DNA from: Antedon mediterranea
Taxonomy: Eukaryota > Animalia > Echinodermata
Direction of reading: 5' to 3'
Length of the DNA: 64,000 nucleotides
NCBI RefSeq assembly: GCF_964355755.1
Contig: NC_092676.1
Location: 15,704,871-15,768,870 of the forward strand
The notes below the pieces were generated by a model, which made no database searches, was not told the DNA's origin, and saw nothing but the letters and a program-made list of their open reading frames with translations. A program made the translations under genes and the position numbers. Of the stretch, positions 25,258 through 38,430 are shown one piece after another (positions within the stretch are counted from its first letter, which is position 1; the number at the start of each line of letters is the position of its first letter).

Positions 25258-26485
25258 ATTAGGTGATTTCTGTCTGGTTGGTTGTCGATTCTTCTGTTTT
25301 TGTAAAGCCTCTTCGACTGTCGGCGAATCTTTATCAGACGATGACATCTATTAAGAAATAATAAGAAATTAAGGCAAAACAAAATCATTTAATATCGCTG
25401 TCGTTAAATTAGGATTGGCATTGAGCATATATTTGACTCGTTCCATAGTAAAGTGTCCCTTAGAGGTTCCATGTTTTCTTTGCTTTTTCGAAACTTCCTT
25501 TCAGATAATGGAGATTGGACTCCCATGTTGATTTAGTTGCACTCTTGGTTGAAAGTTCTGTTTAGAATCCTGAAACGAGCATCTGTGATACCGTTAATGG
25601 TGGATAGATAGACATTTATTGGTCTTTAGAGTGCTATGGCGAGTGCATGAATAGTCCATGACGAAGAAAACGCATCTCTTGAATATTCCTGCACTGCTGT
25701 TTGATAATCTGGAGAAACCCGAATCAATAGTTTATGCCAGGGTGTAGTATGCTTTCCTTTCTGAGAAGGGAGCCATTAGGTGATTTCTGTCTGGTTGGTT
25801 GTCGATTCTTCTGTTTTTAGAAAGCCTCTTCGACTGTCGGCGAATCTTCATCAGACGATGACATCTATTAAGAAATAATAAGAAATTAAGGCAAAACAAA
25901 ATCATTTAATATCGCTGTTGTTTGAATTAGGATTGGCGTAGTATTGAGCATGTATTGACTCGTTCCATAGTAAAGTTTCCCTTTAATAGAGGTGTACCCT
26001 GGTATACCCAAATGCGAGGTTCCCCTATGTAGATGGTCTCAGTGCACCATGTTGAGAAGTACAGTATATGCTGTAGCCTGAATTACTAATGTTTATCCAT
26101 TGAAATATTTAGTACCTTGATACCTAAGTGCATGGTTTAGGACTACTGGTTAATGTTATAACTTCTGGTTTCAAGAGAGCCAACAATTGCACCAATTTAC
26201 TAGGAGTAGCCCATGTTTTCTTTGCTTTTTCAAAACTTGCCTTCACATAAATGAGAGTGGACTCCCTTGTTGATTTAGTTGCACTCTTGGTTGAAAGTTC
26301 TGTTTAGAATCCTGAAACTGGCATCTGTGATACCGTTAATGGTGGATAGATAGACATTTATTGGTCTTTAGAGTTGTATGGCGAGTGCATGAATAGTCCA
26401 TGCCGAAGAAAATGCATCTCTTGAATATTCCTGCATCACTGTTTGATAATCTGGAGAAACCCGAATCAATAGTTTATGCCAGGAT
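25258..26485. repeat. Local duplication in A-B-A-x-B order
   Basis: About 25258-25462 repeats at 25777-25983; about 25470-25745 repeats at 26212-26485. Confidence 0.85.
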
Positions 26486-26599
26486 GTAATAGCATAGTAG
26501 TTAATTGTGAGCAGTAAAGTATAGTATACTTGTTTAAAAACACCATGTGGTGTAATTGGCTATATAAGCAGTACTGTATCTTGAAACTTATTGTGTGTG

Positions 26600-27090
26600 G
26601 GTATAAATTACATTTGGCTCTTGTGACCCACAGTTTACAAACATTTTCAGATGGTGCGTTTACTAAGTCATATGGCAATGTAATCCAGTGATTTATTATT
26701 CTCAAGCTAAAAGAGCTCAGTTCCAAACCCTTCTTCATTACAGGCCTATATAATTTCATGATTGAAAATGTTCATCTGGTTTGTAGATATAAGTTATTTT
26801 GGAAATATTCTTTTTTTTCAAACCAACAATTAGTAAACTAACCTTCTTGACAGTTTCGCTGTCCTGATCGGACAGCTTCTTCAGAAATAAACTAATTGTT
26901 GGTTTGAAAAAAAAGAATATTTCCAAAATAACTTATATAATTTCAGATTATGTTCACAGGTAATGCTATCCGTATGCAAGGTAAAAAATATTGAAGAACT
27001 TGTATTGACTTTTCCTGTAAGAATTTTGTACGTTTCAATTAGGTCTCCTCTTAACCTTCTGACTGCTAGTGGGTAGAGATTTAATTAATA
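26600..27090 (-). mobile_element. CR1 LINE 3' fragment
   Basis: RRLRGDLIETYKILTG..EHNLKLYRP..FSLRIINHWITLP..LVNAPS. Confidence 0.7.
26846..26887 (-). ncRNA. Minimal type-I hammerhead ribozyme (Penelope-like)
   Basis: TTT-CTGAAGA-A-GCTGTCC-GATCA-GGACAGC-GAAAC-TG-TC-AAG: intact CUGANGA and GAAA core, 7-bp stem II, GUC site. Confidence 0.65.
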
Positions 27091-27240
27091 ATCTAGTACT
27101 GAACACCACCTCATTAAACAGAACAATTTGTCGAAAATTGTAAATACTGTATGAGACTAACATCTAAATGAATTTTGTTTTCCAGTTTGTTATAAAAATT
27201 CAATATAGGCATTTAAAAGGTGGTAAACATTATTGAGTAG

Positions 27241-30200
27241 ATGGAGCTGGAAGTTGATAGCATTATCAAGTTGGGTGGCAGTGCTGTTACTTTTAAGGAG
27301 CAATTTGAAACACCAAATTTAGATGCAATCAAGCAAGCTGCTGTCATGGTTTCTAAAATTAAAAAGAAAATTATCATTGTACATGGTGCTGGGTATGTAT
27401 GCAGTTTATACCGTATATAATCCCATGCTCAAGCAGAGATGGATCCAGGAGGGTAGTGCTTGAGTTGCACCTGCCCCCTTTGACAGCTAAAATGATGTTA
27501 TTATTTGACTAACTATTAATATTATTATGTTGGCACTTAATTCCCTGTTAAAAAAAATCCTGGATCCACCCCTGTTGAGTAAAATCCGACTCACTTTATT
27601 TAAATTTTAAGGCTGCATTCAGACACAGTAAAAAGTGTATTTTATGAATGTTCAGTTTACGAATCATCGATTTTACAAATGGGTTTTGACATGGTTGACG
27701 TCATTAACGAACAAATGAAATGTTTAAATAATTGATTTCCTACTTGAACTTAAGTTCAAAATGATTCGTATCGGTGTACGTAAGCTCTGTGAAACTATTT
27801 TTACTCATATGTTGACTTATGAATAAGAACGAAATAAGGTTTTAATTTTGTGAAACTTGAATACAACAGAAACAGAAATCTTTCTTTACGATAAGAGCAA
27901 TTCATGAATGGAATAGTCTGTCTGATGGGATTTTAAAATTCATTCCATAAATATTTAAAAGAATGAACTGGAAAAATTTTCAGTATAAAATAGTTTTAAA
28001 AAGGCATCGAATAAAAATATAGTGCGCCCCTCTACTTTTTTTTTCCAGAATGCTTGGTGATGTTCATTTCAACATTTTATATTATGCATAAAATTTGATT
28101 TTTTGATTGTTTAATTTTGATTTGAGTAAGATCCAATTAAGAATAATTTTGTATTTTTTGTTCCCTCAGCTGCAATCATTGTATTGAGGGATGTAGTCCC
28201 TCAGTGTTTAACAAACTAATATTCTAACACACTTTCTTCTTTCAAAGGTCCTTTGGTCATTTTCAGGCTAATAAATACTGTGTAGCTCAAGGGTGGAGTG
28301 GGCACACTAACTGTGACATTGTACGCAATGGCTTTGCACTAACAAGGATGTCAGTTCTTAAGGTAAAGTTTTGCATGGCGAAATCAAATGTTGATATAAG
28401 TTTGCGGGACACTGCTTATGTTAGTTCTGAAAAGAACTGTTGAGTTTCTCGACGTTTCGATCAATATGCTTTGATCGTTCTACGTGGTGTACCTCAAACT
28501 TATATCAACAATATATAGTTGTATAATGCAAATTTATCCAATATACTTTGAAGCTAAATTCTAATAATTCCATTCTACTATGTATTCAATTTGTTTGTTA
28601 ATATACCATATGGGCCACTGTCAAAATCATGAGAAAAGGGCAAATTAAAGAATTGCACGTATACACAAAAAATGAGCCTTTTGTAATTGTATATATTTAG
28701 GGGATCTGAAAACATGATTTCAATTGTTAGCATTAGTATCTATTTTAAGTTCTACTGTTCCAAATGACTTATTTTCAAAATAATAATTGCTTAATTATGA
28801 TATAATTTTAACTGCACAGGCATGAATCCTAAAATGATAAGGACAGATTTGACCAGGTAGTAATTGTATAAAATAGGCCTACATGTAGAAGACTTATGTG
28901 TTCTTAATGACCGACTCATTAAAACCAGTTCTTGTTTTGTACACTAGCGCTTTTTAGTTTAACAGGCTATTTCCTAGTACATAAATATCTTCAGCTAGGA
29001 GAGATATGTTTTGACGTTTATAAAATTCCTTACCCTCGGCTCTAAGTCCCGGGAAAAATGGCCGTCAATTTACTATGAAGTTCCTCTCTGTTAATAAAAA
29101 GTTTAATTGATGAGGTAGTACAGTAGTAGAGAATTCAGAGATAAAAATCTGTGAATTCTGTTTTATGATATTGAAATATCTCCGTCAAATTTTCAATGAT
29201 AGTTAGCCCAAGTACATTATGGTCTGTCGACTGAAGCAAATCAAATATGGCAGTCATGGTTTGTTGCGTTGCAATCTTACCGACTAGGCCTGGTCTAGGC
29301 GATGGAAATCCCGGTAGAAAAACACTTTCAAATGTTATTTCACTTAATTCATTTGAAATAGTCTGGTACAAGATACTAGTATAGTGAGATTGTTTATTGT
29401 ATAATAATCACCGATTATTCGTGAAAAATGTTGTACTCTCTTGATAGTTTACCTGTACATTCAAGACGAAATAAAGTTTGTGAAAAATTAATTTGTCTTT
29501 CTAAAGCATAATTTATATATTCCTTTGTGTGAGTAATTATGATGGGTTTTTTTTTACAGCTCAACCATATAATTGTTGAAGAGCTGGTTAAGCATGGTTT
29601 ACCAGCAGTCAGTTATTCTGTAAGTAACACAATTTTATTTTCTCTATATCCTTGTATCACCTCGGACACTACCAACATAGGTATATTGTGCTTAAAACAA
29701 TGTGTGATTAAAGAAGACATTTCTGTTGTTACAGTGTATTGGAAGTTGGGAGACAGCTAACAGGAAGATAGTTAAATCAGACGTAGACTCTATAAGCAGC
29801 CTTTTGAAAGCAGGGTTTATCCCAGTTGTCAATGGTGATTGTGTACTGGATCAAACATTGGGATGTACCATCCTAAGTGGAGATTTAATAATAAAGGTTA
29901 TTTTTAAACATTTTGGAAACACGATGAATGTTTTGTAATTTTTATTTCAGCTGTTGCTTTTATAGATTTTTTGGGTGCTTTTCCAACTTTCGTAAGTCCA
30001 TGATTGACACCGAACCTTCCCGACATCTAAAGACAAGGATTAAAGAACAATATGAATGATCATTTAAATACTCACCTGTATAAAGGTATATATAACTAGA
30101 ACCTCCCAGACCGTATTTAATTGCACTGATGATGTTATTCAGCATAACAACAAAACATGTTTGCAAACAACTCTAATTTATCTTAATTTTATTATGGTGT

Positions 30201-31324
30201 CAGAAGTTCAGCATCATTATTCATGATATCAGGTGTCAATCAAGGACTTATAAAAGTTGGAAAAGCTCTCGAAAAAATCTGTAAAAGCAGCAGCTGATAT
30301 AAACTACTTAAACAGGTTATTATATATTTCAAATTTGTCTGTGTTTAAAGATGTATTGTCCCATTGACTAATTCCAAAAACAAATTGTTTTTTAATATTT
30401 TGAAAAAAAAAATCATTTAACTGAAATACAGACGTTTTTTTGTTCAAAAAATAACTTTGACTTCCAGTCAAAGTTTTCGATCAAAACATATCTCATAATG
30501 CAACACGCTTGTTTGGCTACTATGTATGCATAATCATAAACTTCCTCGCGATCTGTGTGAAAACACCTTCTCAACGGTGACGAGTTGTAAACAATCCTAA
30601 TTAGCATCATGCAAAATGCATACTCGTGGTTTGAAGTCTTTATTTACTTTCGCTTGCGATGATTTTCCAGACGAAATGTAAACAAATTAATTTACCTGTT
30701 AATTATGTAAACTTATTGTTTTTGGCTCAAATTTTCGACTTAAAGTGAATAACTTTAATAATATTATGATAAGGCCAATTTAAATTATTTGACCTTCATT
30801 TTTTGTGTTTCAAGGGACAATACATTTTTAAGGTATGCTTTTTACCTGTAATAAATTTGAGAACCGCAGTTTTGAGCTAGGACTTTCTGAGTGTTTTGAA
30901 GGATTCTTTTCAATGGGGATCCAAAATAGTCATTCAAATTTAATGTCTAACTGAGCTGTTTTGTCTTTAATTTGTTCTTCAGGAATTAGCTGAAAATCTA
31001 AAACCAAATCGAGTTATTTTCCTGACAAATGTTGCTGGCATTTTTAACAAATCTCCAGAAGAAGATGGTGCTGTTCTGTTGCCGAAGGTGATTTTATCTA
31101 AAAATGGAGAGCTCCAAACAAACATCAAGACATCAAAGTTAACTCATGATGTTACTGGTGGAGTTGCTAAGAAACTGGAAACAGCACAAGCTATTGTTTT
31201 AAGTAGTATGGGCCGGACACCTGTGATTATATGTAAACTAGATTCTAAAGATGCTGAACAGGTGTGTTGTTATGGTAATGATGAATTTACAGGAACATTA
31301 ATCTGTCTTTCACAAGCATCATGA
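27241..31324 (+). CDS. IPK: Isopentenyl phosphate kinase (amino-acid-kinase fold), 276 aa. Exons 27241-27392, 28248-28362, 29560-29619, 29735-29896, 30983-31324
   Basis: GT-AG introns, 831 nt in frame; IIKLGGSAVT.K, IVHGAGSFGHFQA (IPK signature His), PVVNGD, ILSGD, FLTNVAG, HDVTGG..KKL. Confidence 0.9.
28389..28510 (-). mobile_element. Penelope-like remnant: 16-bp inverted repeat around a degenerate hammerhead
   Basis: TGTTGATATAAGTTTG / CAAACTTATATCAACA; minus strand GATCAA-AGCATA-TTGATC-GAAACGTCGAG; CTGANGA box corrupted. Confidence 0.5.
29948..30296. mobile_element. MITE in IPK intron 4
   Basis: About 65-bp imperfect TIR CAGCTG(T/C)TGCTTTTA..TGATTGACACC. Confidence 0.7.
30349..30827. mobile_element. 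Kolobok-type MITE in IPK intron 4
   Basis: TTAA TSD; TIR AGATGTATTGTCCC / GGGACAATACATTT; the same left end recurs near 22695. Confidence 0.75.
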
Positions 31325-33249
31325 CTAAATGTTAAACAAAGGTAAATATATTTTAGAATTTAAATTCCTCTGTTCCTTGTGAAAAGTGGTGCGAATATAA
31401 GCCTTTAAAAAAAAAATTAAAAAAATCTGTATCTTTTGTCCATTTTGGCATTTCAATTCATGTTGAAACATCTATAAAGAGTATATAAGCAAGGATAACC
31501 ATACAGTATGAAAGGGTTTGATGAAATGATTTTGACAATAAGAAATCTTTTACAAATACTGAAATATAGTGTAATCGCACATGTCAATTATAAGGACTGT
31601 GTAACCACACACAGAACGTCTTACTCGTTTGAGTTGCCTATGTCACGTGACTTATTACTCATAATCTAAGGATAGAATCTCAGCGTAACATTACTATGTT
31701 AATCTACATCATTATAAACAGGGTCTATATCGATTCATAATATTGATATTCAAATTATAAGTTGTCTTAACTTTTCTACGCATCATCTTGGTTTAAAATG
31801 TATTCTCATCCTGTGTTGCTAAAGTAACATAATGACAGAGAGCCCTATACTAATTTTGATCCCAAGTACTGTCAAGTATTGTTTAATTGATACACTTGAC
31901 TGCACAGTGTTGGTTACATAGAATCCAAAATGTACCTTCAGTTTAAATCGCCCATTTACGAGGCTATTTAGAGTAACAGATGATTCAATCATAATATGTA
32001 GGCATCTGATATTTGCTATCCTTATTTTGCAGATGAATGAAATGCTTCAGTTGACAGTAGGATATGCAGTCCATAATGCTCACCAAAAAGTCTGCCTAAT
32101 GTCAGGTCGGTTCTTGCATCTTTATTTACTACAAGTTCACATCTCTCAACTGTGACTCAAATGCAACCAAGTGAATTGTGGTTCATACAAGTATAGGTTT
32201 GTGGATGTGCTGCTCCATTCTTCAACAGAACAGTTTATACTATATAATCTATTCATTATTTAGCTAGGATTTTTTCTCACAAATTAAGTTCTCATCCTGT
32301 CTCCCTAACATAATACTCTTATGGCAGTTCAAGCATCATGCCACATGCTTTGTTTTCATTTTTATATGGTGCTGAGGTATAGTTGTTTTTAAAAGTGTAT
32401 AATGGATACTTTATAGTCTGTGGGCTAATGTAAAAAAGAACAGTTTTGACTCTGAATAATCGAGATGAATATCTAGCAATAGAGTTATGTTATACACCGT
32501 TATTCCATAAAAAGTCTGTTAAGAAAATACCCAGACATGGCGGATCTTGACGATCGTCGCTGCTCATGTCAGTCTTGTGTAACTGTGCCTACACTAACAT
32601 TTATTAAGCATTTAATACCACCACAATGCGAAGAAGGACAAGCTTGCGTATACAGGCCTGTAAATGAAGCAAAGATAGTATAGCGCTAAAATTTCAGGTA
32701 CCCCGTAACAGAGTGCACCCCTATTGAATTACAAACGAATACAATGGGATAACCCTGGGAACAATAAAATAATAATTAGTAATTCAAAACACACCGGAGT
32801 ATTTCCTGCCCATGCGTAACTTGCCACTAATGTATGCTAAGTTAAAATAAGGATCATATTGTCACAATAACAAACTGGATTATAAAAATTATTATCTGCA
32901 TACTTAAACACCATTTAAATCATGACACCACATTTAAAAAGATTGTGATTATCGACATCCCTTTTAAATAAAACTAAAAAAAAAATTGTATAATTTGGAC
33001 TGTCATGTCAGAAATCATAAAATTTATTTTAAAAACATCAACTTTGCATGGAGTTCACTGATAACACTAAACCAACTGTTTGCCGAGGACATTTCTGTTG
33101 TTGTCTGACTCAAATTGTGTTCTGTTCTGTAGTCTGATAGCTGTGTTTCATGGAAGTTAACTCTAAATTATTTATCAACTGTTCTCACTGCTTTTTCGAA
33201 ACAGTTGGGTCTTTGTTCAGTTTCCGAATATTGATTATGCCTTTCACAA

Positions 33250-33890
33250 ATCTTTTGCTCCTTATTTTGACATAATATTGAGCAATAATTTTTAACAGTA
33301 TGTGGCTTGCATCTCCTGATAGTGTTCCATTTATGAAATCGTACTACACATTCAAAACATAGTCATTCTTCAAAATTTAAACTGTCAAGAAATTATTCAT
33401 ACTTTCAGTCCGAAACTTATTGATGTCATCCATGTTAAGGCTTGACTTCACCACTTTCTCCATAATGCTAAAGATTCTATATGCAGAAGCATTAACTCTA
33501 AATAATCCACATGTTAAGGCTTGACTTCACCACTTTCTCCATAATGCTAAAGATGCTATATGCAGAAGCATTAACTCTAAATAATCCACATGTTAAGGCT
33601 TGACTTCACCACTTTCTCCATAATGCTAAAGATGCTATATGCAGAAGCATTAACTCTAAATAATCCACCTCTGTTCTGTATATTTATCCACTTTTCAGTG
33701 TAATGTTGTTCATCTTATCATCCGTCTTCAGCACTTGTACATATGCTTTTGCAACTGCGGTGGATTGTCTTTTGTATCGCTTAACCTTGATGCAAAAGAC
33801 ACATAACCAGCTACATACCGCACAATCTGCTCCTCATGTTCGTCAAGAGTGGAATCATTCATTCTTTCTTTCAATGACTGGACTTCATGA
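33250..33890 (-). pseudogene. Transposon-protein relic with P-element/THAP9 C-terminus-like motifs
   Basis: EEQIVRYVAGYV..KWINIQNRGGLFRV..AYSIFSIMEKVVK; frameshifted. Confidence 0.45.
33431..33668. repeat. 79-bp tandem repeat, three copies
   Basis: Units start at 33431, 33510 and 33589, nearly identical. Confidence 0.95.
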
Positions 33891-35069
33891 TTAAGAGGCA
33901 AGATAACTTGTACAGTTCAGTTATTATTTGTCCATACACAAAATTAATTGGAAATGCATTCACTCTTTCTGTAGAATAGATTTCCATGCATTCCTTAAAC
34001 TATCGTAATTTAATCTGTGTATTTCCTTATTCAAAAGGTCACTAGACTATGTGCCAATTGTTTTTGGTCCGCTGCTACTAATCTTCTTACAAAGTTCTAC
34101 CTTAAACTTATTTAACCCTGAGTTCTTTTTCTTGGTTGGTTGGTGCTCCAAAACGCTCGACAAATTCACATAGTTTTCAGAATCCAATTACAAAGGATTT
34201 CTTCTTATAGTTGACATTATATCAACAAGGTTACATCTTTCCAGAATTTGATCAGCTTGTATAATTGGTTCTGGTCATGGATTAGTTTTATCTATCTTCT
34301 ATGGTTTTGATGTACTACGCTTTTTTCCTACACTTGTAATAAATAAAAAATGTAAGTAACTTACTTATTTCGTAATGAACAGTGTTTATTTCCTTGTAAT
34401 TAATAACTCTATTGAATAACATTAAACAATGTGTAGATTCTTGTAGTCGATTCATTACTTGTAGTTAAGAGCTCAGAATGTTCTGCTTCATTTTCACCTA
34501 GGCCTAGAAAATAATATAATAATACCTAGTATAGGCTGAATAGGCTGTTTTTAGGCTAGGCTAAACAATAAAAATAATTTTTAAAATAACAAATAATTTA
34601 TCTAAGTCTAAATATTATTACACAGATACGTAAATAAAATTGTTCAAACATTTAATTTGTTTAGCGACTATTTATTATATAAAAAGAGCTAGCCAGCAGC
34701 ATTGAAGGAAATCATAGTTAAAACCGCCGTTCATGTCTACCGCAGGCAACCGCCTAGGAATCCGCCAAGCACAGTAGAACTATGCCGCCTAGCTAGTTAC
34801 TGTAGGCCTAGCTAGATCCTAAATAATAAAATAATAAATAAAATTAATAGTAAAATCTTACCATTGGAGTTATTTCCGGTTTTTCCTTTTCATTAATTCA
34901 CTTTCAAATTCAGGGGTCAGTGTGTAAGTACCCCAGTTAGCATCGGTTAAGTCTTGATTTTTTCAAGGATAGATTATAGATAGATTATTATCAGGGCGAT
35001 CGGAATGATCGTCAAAGGACAAAATAACAGTTTTTTCTCCAGTTCACTATAATAGTCTCTATGATGTTA

Positions 35070-36100
35070 TCAAATAAACACTAAAATGTAATGCTGTTGA
35101 AATACTATTGAAATATTAAAATGTTTTCACCCGCTTTTTTTTCCTTAATGAATCTCTGCAAATTTCTGAATTTGTGTCTTTTGCAGGTTGACTTTCGCAT
35201 CAATCAATCTTTTGCATACGTTTATATTACCATATATAGCATGCATCAAAAGGCAATTCTGTTGAAATGCTATTGAAATATTAAATATTTTTGTGTTTTC
35301 ACAGTTTGGATTTCCAGACCTAATATCAAAATAGATGAGAGAGTCTCATTTATATTGCCTGTTTGGGCAATATCATAGTTATTGTTCTGCATACAATGTC
35401 AGATTGATCTTTGTCTTCCCTGTTATGTGGTAAATTTTTATTTTTTTTTTCATGCAAGTACAGATTGTTTCCATACACAAATCTTTTGTACCAATTTGGC
35501 CTAAAGGTTACAGAATGTCGGCATTGTTGTATCTCATCACCTTCGAACCTCTACCTTTGTTCTTGATTAATGAAAACAATCTTGCCAAATGCTTTCCCAG
35601 TTGGTATTCTTTCGGCGGTCCAAGAATTTCACCACTCACACCGCAATACGAATGCCCCAGTCAGTCCCTCTGAATCATTACCTCGAGTTCCGAAATCAAC
35701 TCAATAGAACTAAGGTCCTATTCCATTATTCCATTGTCATAAGTATAGATTGTTATACACAAATCTTTTGCACCGACTTAGCCTAAAGTTTACAGAATGT
35801 GCCCATGGAGAATATTAAAGACTAATTTTCCTAAAAAATCTGTCTGCAGATGCCTCTCTCTGTGTTTTGACTTTTGCAGGTTGACCTTAGCTTTAGCATC
35901 AATGAAGATTTTGCAAACATTGATGTTATCATATAAACACTGAAATACAATGCTGTGGAAATACTATTTTTTACGCTTTTTTTTCCTTAAAGAATCTCTG
36001 CAAATGTCTGAATTTGTGTCTTTTGCAGGTTGACTTTAGCATCAATCAATCTTTTGCATATGTTGATATTACCATATATAGCATCAAAAGGCAATTCTGT
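35070..36100. repeat. Degenerate complex tandem repeats
   Basis: TTTTGCAGGTTGAC..CATCAAT three times; ATACACAAATCTTTTG..GCCTAAAG.TTACAGAATGT twice. Confidence 0.7.
35529..35734 (-). pseudogene. Diverged 18S rRNA fragment
   Basis: Minus strand ATGGAATAATGGAATAGGACC..GGGGCATTCGTATTGCGG..GGTGAAATTCTTGGA..GAAAGCATTTG..TTTTCATTAATCAAGAAC..AGAGGTTCGAAG, conserved eukaryotic SSU blocks with substitutions. Confidence 0.9.
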
Positions 36101-36614
36101 TTACTAGTACTATATTGGCTTTTTGTGATAATTAACAAACCATTACTGCAGCATTGGCAATGCCAATGTTTTCCAATGTCTCTCATTGGTGAGAGACATA
36201 ATTTTCTATTTCGTCTGTATCATGAAACGTCGTCCTTATCTTCCTGCTGCAGGTTGGTTGAACGAAAAATTTTGATTCGAAGGAATTTTGTCTTTCATTT
36301 TTTCACTATTCTATCCCATACTTCATTTCTTTTTTCAAGATTATTACATGGGTAGACGCTGAAAATATGAGTGGAAAATAAAAGAAAGTGAATCACTATT
36401 TTATGTTTCCTTTTTCCTCCTGCCATTCTTTTTCCATTTTTTTGTCTTTTTTCAGTAGGTAATTGCTTAAGAATTTTCATTTCTTGTTGATGTGTTTGTA
36501 TGATAGTCATCTCCTCTCTTTGCTTTGTTTGTGGTGTACAAAGTTCATCCTTGTGTTGTGTTTGCGTTATTGATCGCGCACGTTGTGTTGTTCAATTTGT
36601 TTTTGACATTATGA

Positions 36615-37440
36615 CTGATGATTTTTATGGTGATGATGATGGTAATCTTTTAAAGATAATGCGGCAATGTTGTGTTAATGATGGGTGTGGTGTCGGTGAA
36701 GGACAAGGTGATGATTCTGGAGAAGTTGATGATGACAGATGGTGATGTTAATCTTTTCAAGATAATGCGGCAATGTTGTGTTAATGATGGGATATGTTGG
36801 TGATAATGCCGGGTGTGGTGTTGTTAGAGGAGGAGCTGTTGAAGTTGATCCTGGTGGTGATGCTTGAGCTGGTGATGGTGCTTTTGATCGTTTTGTTTTT
36901 CATCCTGCCACTCTAATTTTTATGGTGATGATGGTAATCTTTTTAAGATAATGCGACAATGTTGTGTTAATGATGGGATATGTTGGTGATAATGCCGGGT
37001 GTGGTGTTGTTAGAGGAGGAGCTGTTGAAGTTGATCCTGGTGGTGATGCTTGAGCTGGTGATGGTGCTTTTGATCGTTTTGTTTTTCATCCTGCCACTCT
37101 AATTTTTATGGTGATGATGGTAATCTTTTTAAGATAATGCGGCAATGTTGTGTTAGTGATGGGTATGGGGATGACGCTTGAGATGATGGGTGAGAATGTT
37201 GGTAACAGAGATGATGCTGGAGAAGTTGATGATAACAGATGGTGATGTTAATCTTTTCAAGATAATGCGGCAATGTTGTGTTAATGATGGGATATGTTGG
37301 TGATAATGCTGGATGTGGTGTTGTTAGAGGAGAAGCTGTTGAAGTTGATCCTGGTGGTGATGCTTGAGCTGGTGATGGTGCTTTTGATCGTTTCGGTCGT
37401 TTCCTTTTTCATCCTGCCATTCTAATTTTTATGGTGATGA
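36615..37440 (-). repeat. Composite tandem repeat (about 190-bp core) encoding a Pro/Ser/Thr-rich peptide
   Basis: Units read RSKAPSPAQASPPGSTSTAPPLTTPHPALSPTYPIINTTLPHYL on the minus strand, with stops. Confidence 0.7.
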
Positions 37441-38149
37441 TGCATTTCATGGTTTTTGAAAATTCAGTGATAATTGTCACATATGGAGAAAGCAACCAAT
37501 TGAATTTGCATAGCATTGTTAAGCGCTAACTGCTTTAATATGAACTGTTGCATCTGAGTGGAATGGCTATATTTAAAGCAACATGTTTCTTAGCAGTTAT
37601 AATGAAGTGAATCTTATGTGTACCTGGGAATGCTTGCGCTCTTTCCAGCATTCATCTAGTATGTTTCGTTTCCCATCTATTGTTTCCTTTTCAAAAAATG
37701 CAAATCCTTCAATTGCATCAACAACAAATTCATATAATAGCCATAGATAAAAACAAATTGCCAAAGCCTTACCTCGAATCTCGTGAGATCAGTAGATCTC
37801 AACTGCCTGATGCTTTTGTACACCTGCACATTCTTATACGATCATTTTTGTTCACTTGCGCTTGTTTACTGTTTGTAGCTCTAGCCATTAGTACTTCCTG
37901 GTTCACGTACTGTACTAAATATAAGTAAAATCTTCTTTATAGCTATTTTTGTTGTACTTTTAGCGTGGTCAAACAATAAAATGTTTATTTGTTAACCAAA
38001 TCTTGAATAGTATGGTAAAAAATGTTAAACTACAAAATAATGCAAGGTGATAAAATTAGCTATCGACCTCGCGAAAATACGATCAATAGCCAACTCCATT
38101 ATTTTTTTAATCAGTCCTGATTTGGTGAAGACACCAAAAACCACCAGAC

Positions 38150-38430
38150 TGAAAAGTGAGATAAAGAAGTTGCTTAATTTCCATGACGTGTCCTTCCCAG
38201 TAGTCTATCCTTCCTTTTAATTGACAACATTGCATATTATTTTGTAAGGTGTCAATTTTTTGGTCTATCAATTTTGCTGCACCACCTAGACATTCCCAAA
38301 CTGAATTTTAAATTTTCAGTAGTCTCCGCCGGGTTACACATCTTTACACATTAAGTTTGTTTCACATACTTTCTTAATAGAAGTGTCCCCATCTCCTAAA
38401 TATTCTGTATATCATAAACATCGTTTACTC
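38150..38430 (-). pseudogene. Kolobok-like DDE transposase relic
   Basis: YTEYLGDGDTS motif, then KIDTLQNN. Confidence 0.45.

Noticed and set aside
27241-31324. Prokaryotic contamination or very recent horizontal transfer of IPK
   Set aside because: Four canonical spliceosomal introns, two of them containing host transposons
31900-32700. Possible RecQ-helicase relic
   Set aside because: Only vague motif resemblance with many stops; insufficient evidence
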